64,000 bases of DNA, from positions 1,337-65,336 of the forward strand of contig JBNMPS010000001.1 in NCBI GenBank assembly GCA_051277005.1. Reading direction: 5' to 3'. The notes beneath the pieces were generated by a model. It worked only from the letters and a program-made list of their open reading frames with translations. It was not told the DNA's origin and ran no database searches. The stretch's first letter is position 1. Each line of letters starts with the position of its first letter. Origin of the DNA: Pseudohongiellaceae bacterium. GTDB lineage: Bacteria > Pseudomonadota > Gammaproteobacteria > Pseudomonadales > Dasaniaceae. The position numbers were made by a program, and so were the translations under genes. Below are positions 47,712 through 56,151 of this stretch, piece by piece.

Positions 47712-49433
47712 ATGGTAAAAGAAGAGGCAGCTGAAAGAAAAGCTGATTGGTCGCTAATGGCGCTGGGTCAGATTTTGATCGATCAAAAATCGATACAATC
47801 CAGAGATTTAGAGAAAGCCCTTGTGGTCCAGCAGCAACTGGGTGGGCGGCTAGGAGCTATACTTATTCGCTCCGGCAGTTTGTCAGAAAGCAATTTATTG
47901 GCTGCGCTTAATTTGCAGTTGGGGTTTGAGTTGCTGGATTTCAGTAAATCCTCTTCACCTAGCGATGAAGAGGTCGCTGCCGCTCTTGATTTAACTCGGC
48001 TGAGTGTCGACTGGTTGCTGCAGATGGATACGGTTATTTGGTTGCGTAATGAGCAGCTTTATTGTTTGGCTAAGGACCCGCTGTTGCCATTATTAGATGA
48101 AACGCTGATTGATGCCTGCGCACTCCCCATCCATTATTGTCTTGCCCGTTCTCAGGTGCTCGATAGTTTGCTGGCTAATGTGAAAATAACACAATCTGAG
48201 CAGCAGCTTGATGGCGATATGAACGATGATATTCAACAGCTTCGTGAGCTTGCTGAAGAAGCGCCAGTGATAGAAATGGTCAATAATATTATTTCACAAG
48301 CTTTGGAGGAGCGGGCCTCGGATATCCACGTAGAGCCCGAAGAAGATAGCTTTGATGTTAGGTATCGTATCGATGGCGTTATGGTAGCCAATCGTACTTT
48401 GCCCAAGCAGCGTTATTACGCTATTGCCTCTCGGCTAAAGTTAGTCTCAGGGATTGATATCGCCGAGCGACGCCTGCCTCAAGATGGCCGCATTGGTATG
48501 CGTATAAATGGCCAAGATTTAGATATTCGTGTGTCCTCTTTACCGGGTGTGCACGGTGAGTCAATTGTTATGCGTTTGCTGCCAAAAGAGCGGCAAGACA
48601 TGGTGTTAGATAAGCTGGGGTTTTTGCCCGATCACTTAGTGCTTATGCGCCGCTGGATGTCTCAGTCGCATGGCATTGTTTTAGTGACAGGGCCAACCGG
48701 TTCCGGCAAATCCACAACGTTGTATTCGGCCTTAGATGAATCGAACGATGGCGTAAAGAAAATCATTACCGTTGAAGACCCTGTTGAATTCAGATTGCCT
48801 CATGTTACCCAAGTGCAAGTACACAGTGATATTGGATTAAGTTTTGCGGCGGCATTACGCTCAATTCTTAGGCAAGATCCCGATGTGATTATGATTGGCG
48901 AAATACGTGATTTAGAAACAGCCGAAATTGCGGTGCAATCGGCATTAACAGGACACCTGGTATTATCAACCTTACATACCAACGATGCGATGAGTGCGTT
49001 TAATCGCTTAATTGATATGGGTATTGAGCCATTTTTGGCTGCAACGCCTGTCATTGCTGTGCAGGCTCAGCGATTGGTTAGGCGTTTATGCCCTGCGTGT
49101 TGTGAGCCTGTAGTTGTGCCGGATGACGTTCGCGACGAAGTAGCTCCTTTTGTTTCTCAGCTGTTTCCAGTGGGGAAAGCCAATTGGCAGCAAGCCGTTG
49201 GCTGTGAGCAATGCCAGGATTCGGGTTATCGAGGCCGCTTAGGCATTTATGAATTAATTGATGTTGATGAATCAATACGCGAGCTGGTTATGAGCAGAGC
49301 GTCGTTATCAGCGCTGCAGGCTAAGGCAAAAAGTGAGGGGTATAGAAGCTTTTATACCGACGGATTAATAAAAGCGTGGCAAGGCCTAACCAGTATTGAA
49401 GAGGTGCATCGTGTGGCGAGTCAGCATACATGA
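47712..49433 (+). CDS. gspE: type II secretion ATPase GspE-family with an MshEN-type N-terminal domain
   Basis: Walker A GPTGSGKST, LVLSTLHTNDA, tetracysteine CPACC...CEQC, and an N-terminal tandem 24-residue MshEN motif. Confidence 0.9.
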   Translation: MVKEEAAERKADWSLMALGQILIDQKSIQSRDLEKALVVQQQLGGRLGAILIRSGSLSESNLLAALNLQLGFELLDFSKSSSPSDEEVAAALDLTRLSVDWLLQMDTVIWLRNEQLYCLAKDPLLPLLDETLIDACALPIHYCLARSQVLDSLLANVKITQSEQQLDGDMNDDIQQLRELAEEAPVIEMVNNIISQALEERASDIHVEPEEDSFDVRYRIDGVMVANRTLPKQRYYAIASRLKLVSGIDIAERRLPQDGRIGMRINGQDLDIRVSSLPGVHGESIVMRLLPKERQDMVLDKLGFLPDHLVLMRRWMSQSHGIVLVTGPTGSGKSTTLYSALDESNDGVKKIITVEDPVEFRLPHVTQVQVHSDIGLSFAAALRSILRQDPDVIMIGEIRDLETAEIAVQSALTGHLVLSTLHTNDAMSAFNRLIDMGIEPFLAATPVIAVQAQRLVRRLCPACCEPVVVPDDVRDEVAPFVSQLFPVGKANWQQAVGCEQCQDSGYRGRLGIYELIDVDESIRELVMSRASLSALQAKAKSEGYRSFYTDGLIKAWQGLTSIEEVHRVASQHT

Positions 49434-50635
49434 GCAATCATTTTAATTACGTCGCTGTTGATGAGCAGGGCAATGAAGTTAGTGGTGACTTAGCCGCCAG
49501 CTCCGAGCGTGAGGCAATAGGTTTATTGATAAAACAATCATTAACGGTGTTAGTGATTGATAGCCAAGCCACGGCGGCGAAAGAAGAAGGCCCCGGCACT
49601 AAGCGGTTGACGCCCACTGATATCGTTACGGCTTTGTTTGAATTATCGTCAATGCTCAATGCTGGGGTTAGTGCCGCTGAGGCGGTGAGTTCGCAGGGCC
49701 AATCAGCCGCTCATCAGCGTATTCGTTGGGCGTTTCATCTTGCCTCTAAAACCTTGCGGCACGGCGGAAGTTTTGAGCAAGCCATGCAGGCCTCTGAGTT
49801 ACCGCTGCCTGATTATGTTTTTTATCTTATTAGGGCGGGGGAGTTATCGGGTAGTTTAGGTGCAGCTTTGACCGATGCCTGTGAGCAGCTGCAGCATGAT
49901 ATAGCGACCCGCAACGATACTCGTAATGCGTTGATATACCCGGTCATCTTGGTGGTGTCGGGTATTTTATCGGTATTGATGATGTTCATTTATGTTGTGC
50001 CCAGTTTTACCAATTTATTAGAAGAGGCTGAGCGCCTACCGTGGCTGGCGTGGGCTGTTCTATCGGCAGGTGATTGGTCAAATAAGCATTTTTTGCTGTT
50101 GGCTATGATGCTGGCGACGCCCCCTGTATTGCTGTTTGCGGCTTGGTCGCAGGCAAATATTAGAGTTAAAATATTGCACCTGATCGAAAAAATGCCGATT
50201 GTAGGTGATTGGGTCTCACATGCCGATATTGCAGCTTGGTCTAAGGTGTTGTCGTCTTTGGTTCGAAATCGTGTAGAGCTTGTTGTCGCTTTGGAGTTGG
50301 CAGCAGAGACCGTGCGTATGCCCAGTCGTAAACGAAGTTTGGTTGACGCTAAAAATGCCGTAAAAGCGGGGGTGCCATTATCGGCCGCCCTGGAAGACAG
50401 TCAATGCTTAAATGCTACCGGCTATAACCTTATTCGAGTAGGCGAACGCTCCGGTAAATTAGGGGAAATGCTAAACGCCCTTGCCAAGCTTTACATGGAA
50501 CAAGGCCAGCAGCGAATGAAAAAAATGCTGATATTAATTGAGCCCGTGGCCATATTAATCATTGGTATTGGCATGGGGATAATTATCATTGGTATTATGC
50601 TGGCCATTACCAGCGCTAATGACATCCCGTTATAA
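49430..50635 (+). CDS. gspF: type II secretion platform protein GspF
   Basis: 401 aa with two T2SSF repeats and 3 TM segments. The ATGA overlap with gspE suggests coupling. Confidence 0.88.
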   Translation: MSNHFNYVAVDEQGNEVSGDLAASSEREAIGLLIKQSLTVLVIDSQATAAKEEGPGTKRLTPTDIVTALFELSSMLNAGVSAAEAVSSQGQSAAHQRIRWAFHLASKTLRHGGSFEQAMQASELPLPDYVFYLIRAGELSGSLGAALTDACEQLQHDIATRNDTRNALIYPVILVVSGILSVLMMFIYVVPSFTNLLEEAERLPWLAWAVLSAGDWSNKHFLLLAMMLATPPVLLFAAWSQANIRVKILHLIEKMPIVGDWVSHADIAAWSKVLSSLVRNRVELVVALELAAETVRMPSRKRSLVDAKNAVKAGVPLSAALEDSQCLNATGYNLIRVGERSGKLGEMLNALAKLYMEQGQQRMKKMLILIEPVAILIIGIGMGIIIIGIMLAITSANDIPL

Positions 50636-50685
50636 GTTAATCAATAAGACCGCTTTAATTAAATAAACACGATATAGATAATATA

Positions 50686-51132
50686 ATGAAAAATTGTACA
50701 GTAAAAAATAAAACCCAAGGTTTTACTCTCTTAGAAATGATCGTAGTACTGGTCATTATAGGTTTAATTGCCGGATTAGTCGGCCCCAGTTTGTTTAAAC
50801 AAGCCGATAAAGCCAAGGTACAAACGGCGGGCACGCAGCTTAAAATGTTGAGAGGGGCGTTACATACCTTAAGGCTCGACATGGGGCGCTTACCTTCAGA
50901 GCAAGAGGGTTTGAACTTATTAGTAAAGGCGCCTTCTGATGAGCGTGTTGCGCAATTTTGGGAAGGCCCTTATATCGACGGCCGTTTACCGCTAGACCCT
51001 TGGAAAAGAGATTATGTCTATACCTTTAAAAAGAGCGAGTTCGAGCCGTTTACTCTTTATTCATTAGGGGCTGATGGTGAGGTAGGTGGTGATAGCGATA
51101 ATAAGGATATAGGTTATTTACCGGCGCAATAA
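50686..51132 (+). CDS. gspG: T2SS major pseudopilin GspG
   Basis: Prepilin motif QGFTLLEMIVVLVIIG, then ...PWKRDYVY...YSLGADGEVGGDSDNKDI, which is the GspG-specific C-terminus. Confidence 0.9.
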   Translation: MKNCTVKNKTQGFTLLEMIVVLVIIGLIAGLVGPSLFKQADKAKVQTAGTQLKMLRGALHTLRLDMGRLPSEQEGLNLLVKAPSDERVAQFWEGPYIDGRLPLDPWKRDYVYTFKKSEFEPFTLYSLGADGEVGGDSDNKDIGYLPAQ

Positions 51133-51529
51133 TACCAGCAAAGGTTTCACCATTCTTGAGATGGTGGTTGTCATGGTGTTGATTGGTGTTGTTACATCGT
51201 TGGCTATTCCCGGCGTACAAAAAATGTACGGCAGTATGGAGCGGTCATTAAAGCGCAAAGACCTTCATGCCGCCTTAAACAGCCTGGCATTACTGGTACA
51301 AACTTCTGGTAGCCCCGTCACGTTTAAAGGGTTTCCAGCGGAGCCAGGGGAATTACCGCAGGCGTTTATTGATCGTTTAGCTGAATTGGATATCAGTTTA
51401 GCTGCAGAGGCGCCTATTTATATTAGCGCTGCAGGTTTTTGCCCCGAGGGCGGCAAACTGATAGTGACTTCAGGCCGTACGCAGTACGCGTTATCGTTGC
51501 GTGAAATAGATTGCCGCGTCGTAAAGTGA
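51116..51529 (+). CDS. gspH: minor pseudopilin (GspH-like by position); start codon unresolved (ATT 51116 or ATG 51161)
   Basis: The prepilin motif KGFTILEMVVVMVLIG is encoded at 51140-51187, but no ATG, GTG or TTG lies between the in-frame stop (51110) and the motif. The ATT at 51116 has AAGGA 8 nt upstream. Confidence 0.6.
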   Translation: MYRRNNTSKGFTILEMVVVMVLIGVVTSLAIPGVQKMYGSMERSLKRKDLHAALNSLALLVQTSGSPVTFKGFPAEPGELPQAFIDRLAELDISLAAEAPIYISAAGFCPEGGKLIVTSGRTQYALSLREIDCRVVK

Positions 51530-51652
51530 AGAGTGATAGCCAGAGTGAATGAAGAGTAAATCCAAGTGATTTTCATTGCTGTCTATGGATTGTCGTTTGC
51601 TCTCAATGAAATTACCACGCACTTGCTTGCCTCAAACATGAAAGGTTTATAA

Positions 51653-52084
51653 ATGAAGGTGCTAACCCATCAAAAAGGCTTTACGCTATTAGAAGCGGTA
51701 GTGGCGATTGCTATTTTTGCGATGGGGGCTACCGCGTTATACAGTGCGATAAACACCCACTTAAAAACGCTAGAACGAATAGATCACGTCAATACACGTA
51801 ATTCGGCCATAGAAAGCGCCATAGAGTTTATGAGCACCGTTGACCCAGTCACTACGCCGCAAGGCCAGGCCAAAATCGGTGAAATGACCCTGATGTGGGA
51901 GGCTACAGCGCCTATATATGCCGCAGATGTACTGGATGAGCAAAATATAAAAACCATTAACCAAGCCAGTTTGTTTGATACGGCGGTAAGCTTGTCTCGG
52001 CAAGGTGATCTTATCAGCGTATTCAATATTACCTTGTTGGGTGTGAATAAAGCTAAAGGGGTAGGTGATGGCTTCTTTGATTAA
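51653..52084 (+). CDS. gspI: minor pseudopilin GspI-like
   Basis: QKGFTLLEAVVAIAIFAMG prepilin motif. 143 aa. Confidence 0.75.
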   Translation: MKVLTHQKGFTLLEAVVAIAIFAMGATALYSAINTHLKTLERIDHVNTRNSAIESAIEFMSTVDPVTTPQGQAKIGEMTLMWEATAPIYAADVLDEQNIKTINQASLFDTAVSLSRQGDLISVFNITLLGVNKAKGVGDGFFD

Positions 52085-52736
52085 ATCACCTCTACAGCGC
52101 AATGAAGGTTTTACGCTGTTAGAGATGTTGGTAGTGATTATGTTGGTTTCAATGCTGGCTGGCATGTTAATGCAGGGTTTTGTTTATATGTCGGGGGTTT
52201 ACAGTGCCGTTGAGCGTCGCCAAAAACTTTCAGAATCACAGCAGCTTTTAGAGGGCTGGTTTAAACAAAGTATTTTGGGGGTGGTAAATGGTATCGATAG
52301 TAGTGCTGAGACCTCAACGTTTGAAGGGCAGCAACACTATTTTAAAGCTATTTCTTATTCGCCATTAGTGGAATGGGCATATCAACAAGAAAGCGGGCAA
52401 GCCTCGCGTTCGCCGCACTATATTGAGTGGCGCCTTGAGAAAGACGAAAAACGGCTGCGGTTAAAGTATGGCCAAGCCTTATTGCAGGGCAAAAATCAAT
52501 GGCGCTGGTTTACTATTCGAGAATGGCCGTTTGCCGAGGCTGATTTTCAGTACTTATATAATGGCCAGTGGTTAGGTGAGTTCCCCCCGGCTAGAAGTTT
52601 TAATGAGGTGCCTCCACTGCTTCCGCAAGGTATAGCCATTAGTATTCGTGGTTTACGCATACCTTTTGATCTATTTGTTGCTACCAAAAGTGCGTCCAGT
52701 GCTTATTATCCACCCAGAGAATACGGTGGCTTTTAA
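52065..52736 (+). CDS. gspJ: minor pseudopilin GspJ-like
   Basis: NEGFTLLEMLVVIMLVSML prepilin motif. 223 aa. Confidence 0.72.
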   Translation: MMASLIKSPLQRNEGFTLLEMLVVIMLVSMLAGMLMQGFVYMSGVYSAVERRQKLSESQQLLEGWFKQSILGVVNGIDSSAETSTFEGQQHYFKAISYSPLVEWAYQQESGQASRSPHYIEWRLEKDEKRLRLKYGQALLQGKNQWRWFTIREWPFAEADFQYLYNGQWLGEFPPARSFNEVPPLLPQGIAISIRGLRIPFDLFVATKSASSAYYPPREYGGF

Positions 52737-53788
52737 TGACTAATAAAAAAACACAGTCAGGTTTTGTATTGGTTACAGTGCTGTGGGTATTGGTCATCAT
52801 GCTAATGGCCTTAACCGCATTCACTGCATGGGTCGATAATGCCCGAGAGCAAGCCAGTAGCCGGCAAGAGTTGATCAATGCAAAAATAAAAAGCCATAGT
52901 CTATTCTCTCGGGCGTTGTTTACCTATATGACAGGCAAGCAAGCAGCCAGTGGTATTTCATGGCCTGCCGAAGGTGGGGCGACGGTGGTAATTCCCGGTA
53001 ATATCAATATCGCCGATTTTTTTGATGTACCCACCTTATTACCAAACAGTGTAGAAGCTGGTTTTATGCAAATGAATGGCCGGGTAATAGATGCGGGCGG
53101 TGGCTTGAGAATCATGATACAAGACCGGGGCGGATTAATAGGTTTATCTTTTTTAAGAAAGGCATCGGTGTATAGCGGTATCAATAGTATCGGGGGCGGC
53201 AACTACACCGTTGATGAGCTAAAACATACGCTACAAGATTACCATGATAAAAATAGCTTTCGCTTGGCAAAGGGTGCCGAGGGGCAACAATACAAACAGG
53301 CTGGCTTGCCCGCCCCCGCCAATGGTTATTTACGCAACCCATTACAGCTTCGCAGTGTTATGCATTGGCACACATTGCTAGGTGAGGTGTCTGATGCTTG
53401 GATTTTGCAAAACTTCAAAGTAGAAGGTGGCGCTGCGGTTAATGTAAACAGTGCACAAATTGATAGCTTGTCGTTGGTGGTGGGCAGTGATGATGTGGCA
53501 CAGCAAATAGAAAATAAAAGGCAGTTAGGTGCCATTAATAGTATTTTTCATATTCCGCTGCCGCCAGAGGACTTTGAAAATAATTTTTTTACCATGATGC
53601 CTGCCGATGGTTTGCGCTTTTGGAGCTGGCATATAAACCATCCCACTGCGCAAGTTTATGATGTACAATTCAACGCCCTTGCGCCAGGACAAAGCGCCTG
53701 GGTTGTGAACTGGATGACAAGAGTAACACTACCTGATGAATTGGCTCGACGCACAGCGGTTGAAATTAATCACCCGTTTTTCCACTAA
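52736..53788 (+). CDS. gspK: minor pseudopilin GspK-like
   Basis: The N-terminus QSGFVLVTVLWVLVIMLMAL has a Gly cleavage site and lacks Glu+5, as in GspK. 350 aa. Confidence 0.7.
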   Translation: MTNKKTQSGFVLVTVLWVLVIMLMALTAFTAWVDNAREQASSRQELINAKIKSHSLFSRALFTYMTGKQAASGISWPAEGGATVVIPGNINIADFFDVPTLLPNSVEAGFMQMNGRVIDAGGGLRIMIQDRGGLIGLSFLRKASVYSGINSIGGGNYTVDELKHTLQDYHDKNSFRLAKGAEGQQYKQAGLPAPANGYLRNPLQLRSVMHWHTLLGEVSDAWILQNFKVEGGAAVNVNSAQIDSLSLVVGSDDVAQQIENKRQLGAINSIFHIPLPPEDFENNFFTMMPADGLRFWSWHINHPTAQVYDVQFNALAPGQSAWVVNWMTRVTLPDELARRTAVEINHPFFH

Positions 53789-54839
53789 ACACGGCTTCCT
53801 TTCGGGGGATGAGTTGGTTGAGCTGGAGGCGAGTAGCCTAACCCCTAGGCTGATTATTGGACGTGACCAATGCCGCTACGCGGGCATTGATTTTTCACAT
53901 GTGCCTAAAAATAAACGCCAGCAAGCACTAATACATCAGCTCACAGCACTCAGTATGTGGCAAGAAACGGCACATTGCGTTGCCTGGCAGGGTGGTTTTG
54001 CACAGCTGTGGTTTTGGGATGCTAGTCAAATTCGTCGCATTCAAAAGGCACACAAAAATCACGGTCTAACACGTCTACGGTCGCCCTTGTATTTAGCCGA
54101 AGCCGTTTATTGGCAAAAGCCAGCAGCGGCAGGGGTGTATTTATGTCACTGTCATTCCGGTTTCGATCTTCAGAATTGGCAAAATGGCTACTTAGTGGCA
54201 AGCCAATGGTTTAGGCGTAGCCCTGAACAAACACAAATAAAACGATTTGCTCGTTCGCAAGGTCTTGCGGATGCTAGTGCGCAAAGCTTGGTGCCGGTAA
54301 CAGAACTATTGCCATGGCCGGGGGTGGTACGTCCCCTTAAGACTTATTGGTTAGAGCGTAAACAGCAACTGGCGATAGCGTTTTGTTCCGCGGTCGTTTT
54401 TTTAATGAGTTTACAATTAATTGCTATTGCTCAATGGTCGGCCACCGAAAATGATATCCAGCACGAGATCACTAAGCTTGAATCTTCAGCAAAAAATTTA
54501 CTGGCGGCGCGTGGCAAAGCACGCAGGGCGTCAGTGGCATCGGGCAATATAGTGCAGTTATTTGACATGCCCGACACGTTAGCGAGTCAGTGGGCCGTTT
54601 TGCAGCGTATACCTAGCGAGCTAAACCTATCATTAAAAAAATGGCAGCGTAATATTGATAGTGTTGAAATCATTGTTGAGGGGCAAATTGTTGATACCTT
54701 AAGTTTAGTGAAAGCGCTCAATAAAAAAGGCATTACTGCCGCCAAGGTGGAGCCATCACGTATCAATGGCCAATATAATATAGCGTTAACGATCCAGCCG
54801 CAGGCCATAACAGCTGTTAAAAAAGAGGCTGTATTATGA
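53736..54839 (+). CDS. gspL: GspL-like assembly protein (assigned by position and topology; start uncertain)
   Basis: A cytoplasmic domain of about 210 aa, a single TM (LAIAFCSAVVFLMSLQLIAIAQW), and a periplasmic domain. The 53-nt overlap with gspK suggests a later start (for example TTG 53814). Confidence 0.5.
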   Translation: MNWLDAQRLKLITRFSTKHGFLSGDELVELEASSLTPRLIIGRDQCRYAGIDFSHVPKNKRQQALIHQLTALSMWQETAHCVAWQGGFAQLWFWDASQIRRIQKAHKNHGLTRLRSPLYLAEAVYWQKPAAAGVYLCHCHSGFDLQNWQNGYLVASQWFRRSPEQTQIKRFARSQGLADASAQSLVPVTELLPWPGVVRPLKTYWLERKQQLAIAFCSAVVFLMSLQLIAIAQWSATENDIQHEITKLESSAKNLLAARGKARRASVASGNIVQLFDMPDTLASQWAVLQRIPSELNLSLKKWQRNIDSVEIIVEGQIVDTLSLVKALNKKGITAAKVEPSRINGQYNIALTIQPQAITAVKKEAVL

Positions 54840-55444
54840 GTTGGCAGGCCCAGTGGTATAAGGAACGGCATAAACATCAAGCACAAATAGTGAGTGAGTG
54901 GCGAGCCAATAAGCGCTTACAGCTAATCACTCTTATTTCATGTGCGCTGTTTGTGGTGTGGAGTATGGTGCAGCTCGAGAGTTGGCGCTCGGCTAACGAG
55001 GCCAGTGCCCGAGCGGCTTTTGCAAAATTAGAAGATATTAAAATAGCCACGGGTGAAAAAAACTGGCCGCAAAGGGCTGCGCAGGCCAAAAAGCAGCTAG
55101 CCAGCTTGCGGGGGAAACTCTGGCAGGCACAAAATGAGGGTGAGGCTCAAGCGGGGCTTCGCGATTGGATAGAGCTACAAGCGCGCACCCACGGTGTTGC
55201 CATTGATGCGATAAGTGTTGATGTGGGCAGGGTGCAGCAAAATGTAGGGCTGCACCCCGTAAGAGCAGAGCTAAAAGGCCAATACAGCGTAGGTGCGTGG
55301 CAAAAATTTATGCGAACATTAGCCACGACCAAGCCTGCCGTTATTGTTGAGTACGATGAGCTGAGTTTTGCGCGCGCGAAAAAGCCCGCGTATCGTATCA
55401 GCGTCATCGCTTGGTTTGAGCTGCAAGATAAAGGAGGGGCCTAA
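54836..55444 (+). CDS. gspM: GspM-like assembly protein (assigned by position and topology)
   Basis: 202 aa with a single N-terminal TM (LQLITLISCALFVVWSMV). ATGA overlap with the preceding gene. Confidence 0.5.
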   Translation: MSWQAQWYKERHKHQAQIVSEWRANKRLQLITLISCALFVVWSMVQLESWRSANEASARAAFAKLEDIKIATGEKNWPQRAAQAKKQLASLRGKLWQAQNEGEAQAGLRDWIELQARTHGVAIDAISVDVGRVQQNVGLHPVRAELKGQYSVGAWQKFMRTLATTKPAVIVEYDELSFARAKKPAYRISVIAWFELQDKGGA

Positions 55445-56010
55445 TGCGCTTGCTGCTACCTTTATTGGCGTTGGCCGCATTGTTTGATGTTATATTTGCT
55501 TGGCTAAGCTACCCCGATTTACACGATGAGGGTGATTTACAGCAATATGCCAAGCCTTGGCAGCCCGTTAAGCTGCCAGAGCAAAGCCTGCCCTCTATTA
55601 ATAAGCTCACTGCGAGTGGTTTTTGGGGTGAATCTGATGGCCAGCAAGCGGCGGGCTCAACCATCCAAAGTGCCAAAGCGCTGGCCGAGACCGAAGCAAA
55701 AGTGGTTAGACGGCGTGTGCGCGCCATTGTAAAAGGGGCTAGCGGCAAGCAAGTTTTATTTGAAGTGGGAAAAAAATTCCAGCACTTTAGTGTTGGCGAT
55801 AAATTGCCGGGCACCCAATGGACCTTGTTAGGCATTAAAAAGTACAGCTTAACCTTAATAAAAAACGAGGCTGATAGCGTGCCCCGTGAGCTAAGGCTTT
55901 ACGGCGATAACAGCTTGGTCGCGCTTGGTGTCGCTGAGCCTAAAGCTGAGAATGCTGAGCCTCAAGCCCCCCTGCAGCAAGTGCCGGTGGTAAACGTTAC
56001 CGGGCCATAA
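55444..56010 (+). CDS. gspC: GspC/XpsN-like protein with an HR (PilP-like) domain, no PDZ
   Basis: N-terminal TM, then VRAIVKGASGKQVLFEVGKKFQHFSVGDKLPGTQWTLLGIKKYSLTLIKN, the pattern of the secretin-binding HR domain. It sits immediately before the secretin, as XpsN does. Confidence 0.5.
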   Translation: MRLLLPLLALAALFDVIFAWLSYPDLHDEGDLQQYAKPWQPVKLPEQSLPSINKLTASGFWGESDGQQAAGSTIQSAKALAETEAKVVRRRVRAIVKGASGKQVLFEVGKKFQHFSVGDKLPGTQWTLLGIKKYSLTLIKNEADSVPRELRLYGDNSLVALGVAEPKAENAEPQAPLQQVPVVNVTGP

Positions 56011-56151
56011 AGCGGCTATCGATTACAGGCAGCTATAAAATAGAAGGCCGCAGCAAAAAGTGTGGTGGAGCAAAAGGGCTATTACGTTAGTCATAGGCCA
56101 TTTAGCGGCACATAGCCGCTCAATATAATATTTCAATAAGAGTTTAATACC

